In this document: positions 34,334 through 43,875 of the stretch, in pieces
Layout of the letters: every line of letters starts with the position of its first letter
Numbering within the stretch: the first letter of the stretch is position 1
Assembly: GCA_027623295.1 (NCBI GenBank)
Contig: JAQBXR010000006.1
Span: 26,975-90,974, forward strand
DNA: 64,000 nt
Direction: 5' to 3'
Source: Planctomycetota bacterium
Lineage (GTDB): Bacteria > Planctomycetota > UBA1135
Made by a program: the position numbers and the translations under genes
Notes under the pieces: generated by a model
The model's database searches: none
Told to the model about the DNA's origin: nothing
The model's input: the letters and a program-made list of their open reading frames with translations, nothing else

Positions 34334-36566
34334 ACCGCAAGCTTCACGCAATACGCGCACATTCAAAAGCGCGTTTGCCCTGCTCCTCGTTTTTGGGGTG
34401 AGCTTCGCCGCGGCCGATGCCTATGTACGCATTCGCATCAACGGTAAAAATCTGGCGTGGTCGAACCCCAATATATCTTGGCACTTGAACACGGCGGGTT
34501 CCGACAACATTAGCGATGACAGTCATATCGCTGCGATTGAGCATGGCTTTCAAGTCTGGGAAGACGTTACCGGTTCCACTTATAATTTTACGCGTGGTGC
34601 GGACACGGAATCGATCGATCCGTCTCCCACTGGCACGCACATTGTTGGCTTCGATGAGACCAACTCTTCGGGTTTCTTCCCGCCTGGAAGTGGCATTGTT
34701 GCGATAACTGCGATTTCGTTTAACACTTCGAACGGCAACATTTTAGATGCCGACATTTTGTTTAACGGGTCACAGTTCGTTTTCTCCACCGATGGCAGCC
34801 CGGGCACCTTCGATGTGCAGGACGTCCTAACTCACGAAATTGGCCACTTCATTGGCCTCGATCATTCGCCACAAGTGACTGGAACCATGTGGCCTTTTGT
34901 GAGCACCGGGCAATGGTTGCATCGTTCGCTCACGGCAGATGAGGAGGCTGGCGCTTCCGCCATCGCGACGGCTGGCACTGCTGCAAAGCTCACTGGCACC
35001 ATTCAACGCAGCGCGGGGTCAACCAAGATTCCTGGTGCGTTGGTGAGCGCCATTCGAGTAGATGATGGTCGCCTTATGGGTATGGCTATGACCAATAACA
35101 GCGGGATATTCAGCCTGAAGGGCATTCCCGCCGCAGACTACTGGCTTCATGTCACGCCACTGGAAGGCGGCATGACCGAGGCTCATCTCACCGGAAATGG
35201 CGATGTGGAAACCGATTTCGCATCCGACTTCTACGGTGGCTTCGGTTCTCCAACGGTGTACACCCTGGATACAGGCGCAACTTTGGATGTCGGAACTTTG
35301 GACATGGGCAGCGACATCACTATGCGCGATAACGCGAATGGCGCGGTATTGTTGAAGCGCGGTCAAGCATCCGTCGTGACCATTTTTGGAACTGGTTTTG
35401 AATCTGGTGCCATGACCATGACGTCCAAAACCACTGGGCTTACGATTACGGGTGTTTCGAGCGGTACTTCCTTTGTACGTGGCACGGTGACTGCAGCAAT
35501 CGGTGCGAACGTTGGAACTTATGATCTATACCTGCGCAATAGCTCAAGTGATTTGGAAGTTGCAAGCGGTGTCATCGAAGTGATTGCAGATGCGCCAAGC
35601 ATTGTTGGGTTGAGTACGGTCACCGGCAGCATTGTGGGTGGCGAGACCTTTACGGTAAGCGGCACCAATTTCCAGAACGGCGCTTATGTCCTGTTCGGTG
35701 GCATCGAAGCGACCGCGGTTTCTGTGGTGAATGCAACCACACTAAACGTGACCACTCCAGCGGCTCCGGCCGGATTGGTAGATCTTGCGATTCATAACCC
35801 AGATGGTCAACAAACCATCTCAAGTGACGCTTTCACCTTTACCGGTTCCGCGGTCTTTAACGACATTTTGCCCACTGCTGGGCAGGCTTCTGGCGGCACC
35901 ACGCTTTATATCGTTGGTAATAACTTCAGTACGCAAACGCAGGTCCTGATCGATGGCGTTGCAGCAAGCACGACCTTTGTCACCAGTAGAATCATGCAAG
36001 CGGTTGCTCCTGCGCATGCGGTAGGGAGCGTGGACCTTGTTTTGCGCAATCCAAGTTCGTCCGACACCACGGTTAGCAGTGGCTTCACTTATGTCGCCAA
36101 CCCTGATCCACGCATTACTTCCTTCACTCCGTCAAGCGGCCCCCAAGCGGGTGGAACCCTGGTGCGCATCTTTGGTGCTTCCTTGGCCGATATTGCACAA
36201 GTGAAGTTTGGTGTGGACCCAACTAGTGGCCAAGGCGGCAAGCTTGCTTCTTTGATGGAATCGATTTCGGGAACCCAAGTCGAAGCCATGACCGATAGCA
36301 ATGCCACATCTGGCAACTTTGGATTGATGGTGTTAACGGCCAATGGTCAGGGCGCCATATCCTCTGGATTCGCTTTTGAAGCCGGCGCCGGTGCTGCAGC
36401 TGCGGCCGATAGTGGTGGTGGAGGATGTTCCGCGAACTTCCACAGCGAGGGCGACGTCGACCTTCGCGGTGAAATCCCAGGCTGGGCCGCTTTGTTGTTT
36501 GGCTGGTGGGGTTTGCGTCGACGTTTGCGTAAACAGCCAGTTCCGGTCCGTATTCCAGTAGAATAG
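34278..36566 (+). CDS. Secreted matrixin-like (M10) zinc metalloprotease with CarboxypepD_reg-like and multiple IPT/TIG domains
   Basis: HEIGHFIGLDHS with a Met-turn (GTMWPF). Signal peptide FALLLVFGVSFAAADA. Repeated IPT-type modules (e.g. PSIVGLSTVTGSIVGGETFTVSGTNFQNGAYVLFGG; PRITSFTPSSGPQAGGTLVRIFG). Start is one of ATG 34278/34284/34287. Confidence 0.8.
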   Translation: MTMMFFSQKSSPKSSAKAEPQASRNTRTFKSAFALLLVFGVSFAAADAYVRIRINGKNLAWSNPNISWHLNTAGSDNISDDSHIAAIEHGFQVWEDVTGSTYNFTRGADTESIDPSPTGTHIVGFDETNSSGFFPPGSGIVAITAISFNTSNGNILDADILFNGSQFVFSTDGSPGTFDVQDVLTHEIGHFIGLDHSPQVTGTMWPFVSTGQWLHRSLTADEEAGASAIATAGTAAKLTGTIQRSAGSTKIPGALVSAIRVDDGRLMGMAMTNNSGIFSLKGIPAADYWLHVTPLEGGMTEAHLTGNGDVETDFASDFYGGFGSPTVYTLDTGATLDVGTLDMGSDITMRDNANGAVLLKRGQASVVTIFGTGFESGAMTMTSKTTGLTITGVSSGTSFVRGTVTAAIGANVGTYDLYLRNSSSDLEVASGVIEVIADAPSIVGLSTVTGSIVGGETFTVSGTNFQNGAYVLFGGIEATAVSVVNATTLNVTTPAAPAGLVDLAIHNPDGQQTISSDAFTFTGSAVFNDILPTAGQASGGTTLYIVGNNFSTQTQVLIDGVAASTTFVTSRIMQAVAPAHAVGSVDLVLRNPSSSDTTVSSGFTYVANPDPRITSFTPSSGPQAGGTLVRIFGASLADIAQVKFGVDPTSGQGGKLASLMESISGTQVEAMTDSNATSGNFGLMVLTANGQGAISSGFAFEAGAGAAAAADSGGGGCSANFHSEGDVDLRGEIPGWAALLFGWWGLRRRLRKQPVPVRIPVE
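36399..36563 (+). other. C-terminal tripartite sorting-like signal (Gly/Cys motif - hydrophobic helix - Arg cluster)
   Basis: AAADSGGGGCSANFHSEGDVDLRGEIPGWAALLFGWWGLRRRLRKQPVPVRIPVE. The architecture resembles GlyGly-CTERM/MYXO-CTERM-type signals but is not a canonical match. Confidence 0.35.
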
Positions 36567-36570
36567 GGGC

Positions 36571-38031
36571 GTGAGCCTTTTCTCGAATCCACGTTCTATT
36601 GCTGGGGTATCCGTTTCACTGCTGCTTTGCCTTCCGGCATGTGGTGGTGAAGAGCCTGGAAAGCAGGGTGGATCCGAAGCGCCAGTTACCCAAGAGGATT
36701 TGCAGCCTCAAACCCAACTTACCGAACGCCCTCCAGTAGTGGTGCTTGGCGTCGACGGGTTAACTTGGAATGTGATGGAGCCTTTGTTCGCTCAAGGTAA
36801 GTTACCGAACCTGAAGAAACTGACCGATGCAGGTATTGCGGGAAACCTGTTTACCGACCGCCCAACTTTTTCTCCCATGTTGTGGACCTCCATTGCCACA
36901 GGGGTCAAGGTTCCCGACCATGGCATTCGCTACTTCATGGAGATTGGCGAAAACAATAAGCCAGTGCCTGGTGGTCTTCCTTACACCTCGAACTCGCGTA
37001 AAGTTCCAGCTGTTTGGAACCTTGCAGGCGAGAACGGACGCAGCGTGAATTCCGTTGCATGGTGGGTTTCTTGGCCCGCGGAGCAAGTCCCGAATGGACG
37101 GATCGTGGCCAGTTATGCTGCTCAAGCACAAGCTGCGCTCTTATGGAAGCCACTCATCATGGAAGAAGGCCTTCCTGAGTTGACCTACCCAGATCAGCTG
37201 GCCGATTCCATTAGTGACCTGCTTTACGATGGCCGTCCCACGGGCCCATTGATGGCGGAGTACAACGAGCGCTTCGGTATTACGCCACAGGAGTGGAAGT
37301 TTGCCTTCCTGCGTGATCGCTTCTTCCGCGGTGTTTTTCATGCCGACCGCACCCATGAGAAAATCTTCATGCAATTGATGGAGGGCGGTGAGATTGCCGA
37401 CCTCAACCTGCTTTATTTTGGTCTTCCCGACGTCGCAGGGCATTACTTCTGGCGATACCGTGCGCCGCAGAACTACACCTACTTAGTTCCAGATGACCAT
37501 GTGAAGCGACTTGGAGACCGCATCGATCGGTCCTATGAGCAAATGGATGCTTGGATTGGCGAAGTCGTGGCTGCACTCCCGAAAAATGCCATCGTCATGA
37601 TTGTGAGTGATCACGGCATGGATGTTGCAAACGCGGATGACGTTACAAACGTCCAAAGTGGTGGACACGATTTAGCGCCTCCCGGCGTGATGATCCTCTC
37701 CGGTCCTGGCGTAAAGGCTCTCGGCCTCCAGCAGCGTGGCGACCGAACCTTGGGCAGTATTTACGATGTCACGCCAACGCTCCTGTCTCTTCTGGGACTG
37801 GCGAGTGGCAGCTATATGGAGGGGAACCCGCTCCGCGACCTGATGACGGAGGAGTGGAAGGCAACAAATCCCGCTCTTGAACCGATGGATTACCGCGAAG
37901 GTTTCCGTAAGGCAACGCGTCCGCGCCTGCCCATGGATAATGCAAATGATCTTTTCTTAGAATCGATGTCGGCTTTGGGCTACGTGACCAGCGGCGAGGA
38001 AGAGATTCAGAAGAAAATTGACGGCAAGTAG
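36571..38031 (+). CDS. Alkaline-phosphatase superfamily lipoprotein (type I phosphodiesterase/nucleotide pyrophosphatase-like)
   Basis: Lipobox LLLCLPACGG. VVVLGVDGLTWNVMEPLFAQGKLPNL, PTFSPMLWTSIATG and MIVSDHGMD. GTG start 4 nt after the matrixin stop. Confidence 0.75.
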   Translation: MSLFSNPRSIAGVSVSLLLCLPACGGEEPGKQGGSEAPVTQEDLQPQTQLTERPPVVVLGVDGLTWNVMEPLFAQGKLPNLKKLTDAGIAGNLFTDRPTFSPMLWTSIATGVKVPDHGIRYFMEIGENNKPVPGGLPYTSNSRKVPAVWNLAGENGRSVNSVAWWVSWPAEQVPNGRIVASYAAQAQAALLWKPLIMEEGLPELTYPDQLADSISDLLYDGRPTGPLMAEYNERFGITPQEWKFAFLRDRFFRGVFHADRTHEKIFMQLMEGGEIADLNLLYFGLPDVAGHYFWRYRAPQNYTYLVPDDHVKRLGDRIDRSYEQMDAWIGEVVAALPKNAIVMIVSDHGMDVANADDVTNVQSGGHDLAPPGVMILSGPGVKALGLQQRGDRTLGSIYDVTPTLLSLLGLASGSYMEGNPLRDLMTEEWKATNPALEPMDYREGFRKATRPRLPMDNANDLFLESMSALGYVTSGEEEIQKKIDGK

Positions 38032-38081
38032 CCCCAAGGCATGACCCCATGGGTCGCCGGAAGCGTTATTCTGCAGGCCAG

Positions 38082-38558
38082 ATGTTCTCCCGCATTCTTC
38101 TCACCACTGATTTCTCCACACAGGCAGAGCAGGCCTATCCATGGGCCGCTCAGTTAGCCTCTTCGAATGGTGGGGTGATTCATTTAATGCACGCCCTTGA
38201 AAATGACTTGGTGGCGACTGCCCCAGTTTTTGCCAACTACATGGCACCGGGTGCGCTCGACCTTGGCAATTACAGGGAAGAGTTCCGCGCCGGTGCCCGG
38301 AAAGCTCTGCAGGTCGCAGCCGAAAAGTTGGGTAAGTTGGGTGCAAAGGTTGAGGTCCATTTGGTGGAAATGGGCAAGCCATCGTCCGCGGTGGTGAAAA
38401 TGGCGGAGGAGTTAGATTGCACCGTCATCGTGATTTCCACACACGGTCGCGGCGGTCTCGCCCATTTGCTGCTCGGCTCTACGGCTGAAAAAGTGGTGCG
38501 CCTGGCGAAAGTTCCGGTGCTCACCGTGCACGACGGCGACATCCCCCCTGCAGCCTAA
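38082..38558 (+). CDS. Universal stress protein (UspA family)
   Basis: MFSRILLTTDFS..., VIVISTHGRGGLAHLLLGSTAEKVVRLAKVPVLTV (ATP-binding G-2x-G-9x-G(S/T) region). ATG 38049 is an alternative start. Confidence 0.85.
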   Translation: MFSRILLTTDFSTQAEQAYPWAAQLASSNGGVIHLMHALENDLVATAPVFANYMAPGALDLGNYREEFRAGARKALQVAAEKLGKLGAKVEVHLVEMGKPSSAVVKMAEELDCTVIVISTHGRGGLAHLLLGSTAEKVVRLAKVPVLTVHDGDIPPAA

Positions 38559-38569
38559 ACAGCAATCCC

Positions 38570-39289
38570 ATGACTCCTTCGGAACCCGCCGGTGCGCAAG
38601 CCAATCTTCGTTCACCCATTGTTGCCTTCGACATTGAGGTCGCAGGTTTGGAGTGGGAGGAAGTAGATCAAGCCACTCGCCATTACCTTATGGCGCGCAA
38701 TAAGGGCGACAAGGCAGATGACATCCAGAACCGCCTTGCTTTGGTGCGCGGCCTTGGACGTGTGGTTTCCATAGGCATGTGGAATATGGCCAAAGATCAA
38801 GGCGCTGTCTTAGTGCATGGTTCCGGATGCAAGTGGGAAGACTTTGCCGATGTCACTGGCACCAAGATTTTCCGCGGCAATGAACGGGAAATCCTTACCG
38901 AGTTCTGGCGTTTAGCCACCGAATGGGGGACTGTGGTGACTTACAACGGTCGCGGCTACGACGGCCCCGTTCTGCTCACCCGCTCGGCCATGCTCGGTGT
39001 CACCCCAAGTCGTCATCTAGCTGGATACCGCTACAGCCTACGCGAACATTGCGATCTCATGGAAGTGCTGAACTTCATGGGGGCTGCCCGCGAATCCTAT
39101 TCTTTGGATTACTGGTGCCGTCGTTTTGGGGTGGAATCTCCCAAAGGCAAGATGGATGGCTCCATGGTGGCGCAAAAAGCACGCACCGGTCGCTACGACG
39201 AAATTGCTGAATACTGTTTGCGCGATACCCGAGCCACTGCCGACTTGTTTCAGAAGATTCGTCCGACCTTGATTCCGCTTTTTCGTTAA
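38570..39289 (+). CDS. RNase H-fold 3'-5' exonuclease related to the PolB exonuclease domain
   Basis: Exo I IVAFDIEVAGL, Exo II VTYNGRGYDGPVL, Exo III IAEYCLRDTRATADLF. Confidence 0.75.
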   Translation: MTPSEPAGAQANLRSPIVAFDIEVAGLEWEEVDQATRHYLMARNKGDKADDIQNRLALVRGLGRVVSIGMWNMAKDQGAVLVHGSGCKWEDFADVTGTKIFRGNEREILTEFWRLATEWGTVVTYNGRGYDGPVLLTRSAMLGVTPSRHLAGYRYSLREHCDLMEVLNFMGAARESYSLDYWCRRFGVESPKGKMDGSMVAQKARTGRYDEIAEYCLRDTRATADLFQKIRPTLIPLFR

Positions 39290-39304
39290 GCGGCGGACAC
39301 GTTT

Positions 39305-40834
39305 ATGAGTAGTCTCGCGCGCAACACCCTGTTCCTGACCGGTGCGAAGTTCCTCGGAACTTCCATCTACGCAATGTTCGGCTTTATCCTGCCGCGCTAT
39401 GTCAGTCTGGAAATCAACGGTGTTTATACCCTCATGGGAACTTTGCTGTTTTTAGGCAGCATGATTTCCAGTTTTGGTATTCCGTTGATTGTCACCCGCG
39501 AAGTTGCGCGCGACCCAAATCGATCGGCACGCCTTTACGCCGATGCCCGCTTAGCCATGTGGTTGGGCACTCTCGCAGCAGCCGTGGTCCTAGGCGGATT
39601 CCTCATCATTGAGAGTCTCTATACCGGCGAACCACTCGATCAAAGGCTCATCCTGTTCCTGTTGGTTATGGGCATCACCCTGGCCGACGCCATGGGCTCA
39701 CTTGGCGAATCGCTGTTCCAGGGACATGAGCGCATGGCCATGCCTGCCATGGTGGAAATCCTCACTGGCTTGTTCCGTGCCGGCGGCGCCGCACTTGCCT
39801 TGGTGCTTTTGCCGGAAGAGCAGCGTCTTTTTGGCATCTTCACCATGTTCCTGGTGGGATCCAGCGTGCGCGGCTGGTTATTGCCGCGTTTGGTGCACCA
39901 GCGATTGTTACCTGGCCAGATTTTGCCGAAGTCCACCCCACGCCGCGCATGGGATTTGTTGAAGAGTTCGGGCTTTGTCGCCATTTTCCGAATATTGCGG
40001 ATGTTGCGCAATCGCATCGATGTCTTGCTCATGGGCTTTTTATTCGTGAGCCTAATCCCCGGCGTCTTTGGCGAAGTCGACATGGCCCGTGGCATGTACG
40101 GGCAAGCCATGCGCGTAGCCGTGGTCTTTCAGACTTTCACCATGGCGTTTAACACGGCGTTATTCCCACGCCTCGCTCGCCTCACCGAGTCCACTTCTGG
40201 CGGTGACATGAAAGCCGCCACGCGCGCGCTTTATGGACGCGCCGTGCGCTGGCAAGCCTTTTGGGTGGTCCCCATGGCTGCCGGAGTTTTCCTTTACTCC
40301 GACATCGTCTGCGGTTGGTTTGGACCGGAGTATCGTTTTGGCGCTCCTGAAATGGGGGTGCTCCACAGTACCGCTGAAGTATTGCGTGTACTGCTTGTCG
40401 CCATGGTGGTCGATTGCCTCGGTGGCCCCGTCGGTTTACTCATGCTCGGTTCCAAGGAATTGGAAAAACGCATTCCCGCAGTAGGTATCACCATTCTTGC
40501 AAGCATCGTGGTGTGCAACATCCTCTTGATCCCGCGTTATGGAATCCTTGGTGCCGCCTATGCTTCCGCGATTACGGCGTGTTTGGAGTTCTTGATTAAA
40601 ATGACTCTGGTCGGGCGCATGTTCGGCAATCCGCTTCCAATATTGGTCAAAACTGTGCCTTATTACGGGCTCACGGCCGCCATGATTGGCCTCTTGTTCT
40701 TAGTGAATCTTGAGGAAAGTGTGTTCTTCGGTGCAGCAATAGGGGTCACCTTCTATGGTGTGGCTTGCCTTGCGCTGAAACAGGTGGATCCAGCGGTGGT
40801 GAACATCCTGAAACGGAAGTTAGGAAGAGCGTAG
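39305..40834 (+). CDS. MOP-superfamily oligosaccharide/polysaccharide flippase (Wzx-like)
   Basis: About 14 TM helices, with the SLARNTLFLTGAKFLGTSIYAMFGFILPRY start typical of polysaccharide biosynthesis (Polysacc_synt) proteins. Confidence 0.75.
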   Translation: MSSLARNTLFLTGAKFLGTSIYAMFGFILPRYVSLEINGVYTLMGTLLFLGSMISSFGIPLIVTREVARDPNRSARLYADARLAMWLGTLAAAVVLGGFLIIESLYTGEPLDQRLILFLLVMGITLADAMGSLGESLFQGHERMAMPAMVEILTGLFRAGGAALALVLLPEEQRLFGIFTMFLVGSSVRGWLLPRLVHQRLLPGQILPKSTPRRAWDLLKSSGFVAIFRILRMLRNRIDVLLMGFLFVSLIPGVFGEVDMARGMYGQAMRVAVVFQTFTMAFNTALFPRLARLTESTSGGDMKAATRALYGRAVRWQAFWVVPMAAGVFLYSDIVCGWFGPEYRFGAPEMGVLHSTAEVLRVLLVAMVVDCLGGPVGLLMLGSKELEKRIPAVGITILASIVVCNILLIPRYGILGAAYASAITACLEFLIKMTLVGRMFGNPLPILVKTVPYYGLTAAMIGLLFLVNLEESVFFGAAIGVTFYGVACLALKQVDPAVVNILKRKLGRA

Positions 40835-40894
40835 AAAGTCGCTCCAGAACGGGTATCCTGCACCTCGAGGGAGTTTCTGCCCTCCTTTCTTAGC

Positions 40895-42565
40895 ATGAGC
40901 TCGACCCCTCGTAAGCGCGTCATCATCGCCGGTATCGACGGCGCCACCTGGGACATCATCAATCCGATGATCGAAGCAGGCAAACTGCCCAACTTAGCCG
41001 CGATGGTTAAGAATGGTTGTTGTGGCCCACTCACCAGCACGGTTCCACCGAACTCCTCACTGGCATGGACTTCCTTCATGACTGGAGTGCACCCTGGCAA
41101 GCACGGGGTGTTCTTTTTCCGTGAGCAACGCCACGGCAGCTATCAGCGCCCGGTGGTGAGCATGAATTCGGTGCAAGTGCCGAGTGTCTTCCGCCTCGCA
41201 AGCGAAGCCGGCAAGAAGGTGGCGTCGATTACGGTGCCCTTGACCTTTCCAGTAGAGAAGGTGAACGGTTGCATGATTGGTGGTCTGTTGACCCCCGATC
41301 GTCACTCCGATTTCATTCACCCCCCGGAGTTGCGCAAGGAGTTGGAAGAAGCGATTGGCGATGTCCCCGCCGACAACGAACCGGAAATGCTTTTCCATAG
41401 CGCAAGTGAAGGCGCTGCAGTGAAGAGTATGTTCCACGTGATTGAGCAAATCACCCGCATGGGCGAGCACGTGCTCGATAACCATGACCCGGACTTCTTC
41501 GTTTTAGTTTTCCGCCAGGTCGACCTGACATCGCATCAGGCTTGGTGCTACCAAGATCCGCAATGGCAAAAAGCGAATCCTGGCAAATGGGAAACACGTA
41601 AAGATTTGCTTGCCGACGTCTATATCGCAGTCGATGCAGCCTTTGGCCGCATTCGTGATCGGGCGCTGAAAATGGACGGCGATGCCGTATTCGGTACTTG
41701 CTCAGACCACGGTTTTGGTCGCATCACCTATCGCTACTACATGAACAAGTGGTTGTTGGATAACGGCTACTTGGTTTTGAAGTCCAGCGCAGAATCGATG
41801 AAGCGCAAATTGTGGATGCAGAAAAAATGGAATGGCGCGCTACGTCGCAGCGGCATTTTGAAAATCCTCACCGAGCGTGGGCGTAAGTTAGGCAAGGGGC
41901 AAGAGCACACCATCATGGAAATGATTGATTGGTCAAAGACTCGTGCATACTCGAGTTTCTCCGGTGGAGAAGACATCGTCTTGATCAACGTGAAAGGGCG
42001 CGAGCCTGAAGGTATTGTTGATCCTGGTTCTGAGTACGAAGCCTTGCGTGAAGAGATCATTGCCAAGGTGGTCCAGATGAAAGCTCCTGATGGCGCCAAA
42101 ATTATTGCGCGCGCATTTAAACGGGAAGATCTCTGGGAAGGGGAGCAGTTACACATTGCTCCAGACATTCAGTGTGTCACCAAAGAGACGGCATGCAATA
42201 TGTCGCCATCGCCGCTGCACTCGGTGGTTGCCGAACCGGCCGTGGAAGGCCGTCCAGCAATGCATCGCACTCAGGGCATTTACGGTTGGGAAGGCAAAGG
42301 TGTCATCAAAGAGGGTGAACGCGTGACTGGACCACAAATCGCAGACATGGCCACCACCATGTTGCACTTGCTCGGTTTGCCGGTGGAAGATTACATGGAT
42401 GGCCGCGTGATGGAGGATTGCTTCACTCCGGAATACCGCGCTGCGAACCCAGTGCAGACTCGTGAAGGTTTCGTCAATCTGGCGCCACGCGAAATGGGCG
42501 AGGCTTTAGAAGAAGATGATGAAAAGCTAATCGAGACTATGAAAGCTCTCGGGTACATGGAGTAA
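40895..42565 (+). CDS. Alkaline-phosphatase superfamily protein (type I phosphodiesterase/nucleotide pyrophosphatase-like), no signal peptide
   Basis: RVIIAGIDGATWDIINPMIEAGKLPNL, PPNSSLAWTSFMTG and GTCSDHGFG. Paralogous to the 36571 gene in its N-terminal motifs. Confidence 0.75.
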   Translation: MSSTPRKRVIIAGIDGATWDIINPMIEAGKLPNLAAMVKNGCCGPLTSTVPPNSSLAWTSFMTGVHPGKHGVFFFREQRHGSYQRPVVSMNSVQVPSVFRLASEAGKKVASITVPLTFPVEKVNGCMIGGLLTPDRHSDFIHPPELRKELEEAIGDVPADNEPEMLFHSASEGAAVKSMFHVIEQITRMGEHVLDNHDPDFFVLVFRQVDLTSHQAWCYQDPQWQKANPGKWETRKDLLADVYIAVDAAFGRIRDRALKMDGDAVFGTCSDHGFGRITYRYYMNKWLLDNGYLVLKSSAESMKRKLWMQKKWNGALRRSGILKILTERGRKLGKGQEHTIMEMIDWSKTRAYSSFSGGEDIVLINVKGREPEGIVDPGSEYEALREEIIAKVVQMKAPDGAKIIARAFKREDLWEGEQLHIAPDIQCVTKETACNMSPSPLHSVVAEPAVEGRPAMHRTQGIYGWEGKGVIKEGERVTGPQIADMATTMLHLLGLPVEDYMDGRVMEDCFTPEYRAANPVQTREGFVNLAPREMGEALEEDDEKLIETMKALGYME

Positions 42566-42570
42566 GTTTC

Positions 42571-43848
42571 TTGGGGCGCATCCTTCCGTGCCCACTGCGT
42601 CGGCCGCAGAACATTCTGACCATGCCAGAGGTGGGGGAATTCCTTCCCACCTTAAAGCCTGGTTTTCTTCACGGAGACCCGCGGCCTTGGATTCCAGGCG
42701 CCTTTCAATCGAGTGAGGCACAAGGCGCAGTACCGCCCCTGCCGTGGACCGCAGGTTGTGATTTACTCATTGCCCCATATCCCGCACCGGGTCCAGAAAC
42801 CGATTCGTTATTGCGGATCCTTGGTGACCTGTCCGCAGGTTTCCCGGTCGCACTCTATGAACGCGATATTGCGCTGTGGCCAAACCTCTTGCTCAAATCG
42901 GGGAGCGAGGAAACCTCTCTTGAGTTTGCAAATGCCGCTGAAGGTTTACGCGGTTATCGCTCCGCCTTCCGTCATGTCGGTCGCGGCGGTGCAGAAGCCA
43001 TCTTGCTGCTTCCCGCTGGACGCCTGGCGCATTTGCTGCGCGCATCTTGGCGTGCCGAATTCCGCCCGCACCGCTCCGATGCCCTGCAATACCGGCATCA
43101 CCTAGCAACGGCCTTGGATTATCAACGCAGCCTAAGCGAGATTCCTTTGGCCGTCAGTCAAGGGCCTATGGCGCCGGTCGAGAAGGTTGCTATCGTCATG
43201 CCGCACTTCGATGACGATGTTCTGCAATGCGGGGCCGCCATCGCTCAAGCCACCGCTGCCGGCAGTGCAGTGCGCATGATTTGGCTGACCGATGGCCGTA
43301 AAGGTGTGAGCTCCGTGAGTGAAGAAGAGTCGGCCGCGATCCGCCATAAGGAGGCCAAGCGTGCCATGGACATCCTTGGTGTGACCGACCTGCATTTTCT
43401 AGATGCACCAGAAACCGAGCTAGTAAAAGCGGGTGCGTGGACTGAATCCCTGCACCAGCTACTCGACGATTTTCGGCCCCAACGCGTGCATACGGTTTGG
43501 TGGGCGGACAATAACCTGGATCACTTTGAGGCCAATCGCGTACTGCGTGCGGCTTGGCCGAAATCGCTGAACCAAACTGAAATCGCCGCTAGTGGTCTTT
43601 GGCAGCCCTTGCCATTAACCGGTGGAGTGGAAATGGACGACGACCTGCGCGCGCTGAAAGATGAAGCTATGCGTGCCTATCCTTCACAAATTACCGAGGT
43701 CGATTACTTGCGTGTCGATCGTGGCTTAAGCCGTTGGTATGCGCGGGATTCTGAAGCGCATTGGGCCGAAGCCTTTTGGCGGTTACCCGCTGAAGATTAC
43801 TGGAAGGCCTTCCATGGCTCCGGCGCTGCTAAGCGATGGTTCCTTTAA
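42571..43848 (+). CDS. PIG-L/LmbE-family N-acetylglucosaminyl deacetylase with an unassigned ~190-aa N-terminal region
   Basis: VAIVMPHFDDDVLQCGAAIA (PHxDD-type motif), RMIWLTDG, NNLDHFEANR. TTG start; alternative ATG at 42622. Confidence 0.7.
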   Translation: MGRILPCPLRRPQNILTMPEVGEFLPTLKPGFLHGDPRPWIPGAFQSSEAQGAVPPLPWTAGCDLLIAPYPAPGPETDSLLRILGDLSAGFPVALYERDIALWPNLLLKSGSEETSLEFANAAEGLRGYRSAFRHVGRGGAEAILLLPAGRLAHLLRASWRAEFRPHRSDALQYRHHLATALDYQRSLSEIPLAVSQGPMAPVEKVAIVMPHFDDDVLQCGAAIAQATAAGSAVRMIWLTDGRKGVSSVSEEESAAIRHKEAKRAMDILGVTDLHFLDAPETELVKAGAWTESLHQLLDDFRPQRVHTVWWADNNLDHFEANRVLRAAWPKSLNQTEIAASGLWQPLPLTGGVEMDDDLRALKDEAMRAYPSQITEVDYLRVDRGLSRWYARDSEAHWAEAFWRLPAEDYWKAFHGSGAAKRWFL

Positions 43849-43875
43849 ACTAAAGCCCGGTTCCTTTACCGACCC

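Noticed and set aside
36399-36563. Calling the matrixin C-terminus a canonical MYXO-CTERM or GlyGly-CTERM domain
   Set aside because: The spacer between the GGGGC motif and the hydrophobic helix is ~20 residues, longer than I expect for those models. An extra 14-residue tail follows the Arg cluster, and no cognate sorting protease is in the window. Only the architecture-level resemblance is reported.
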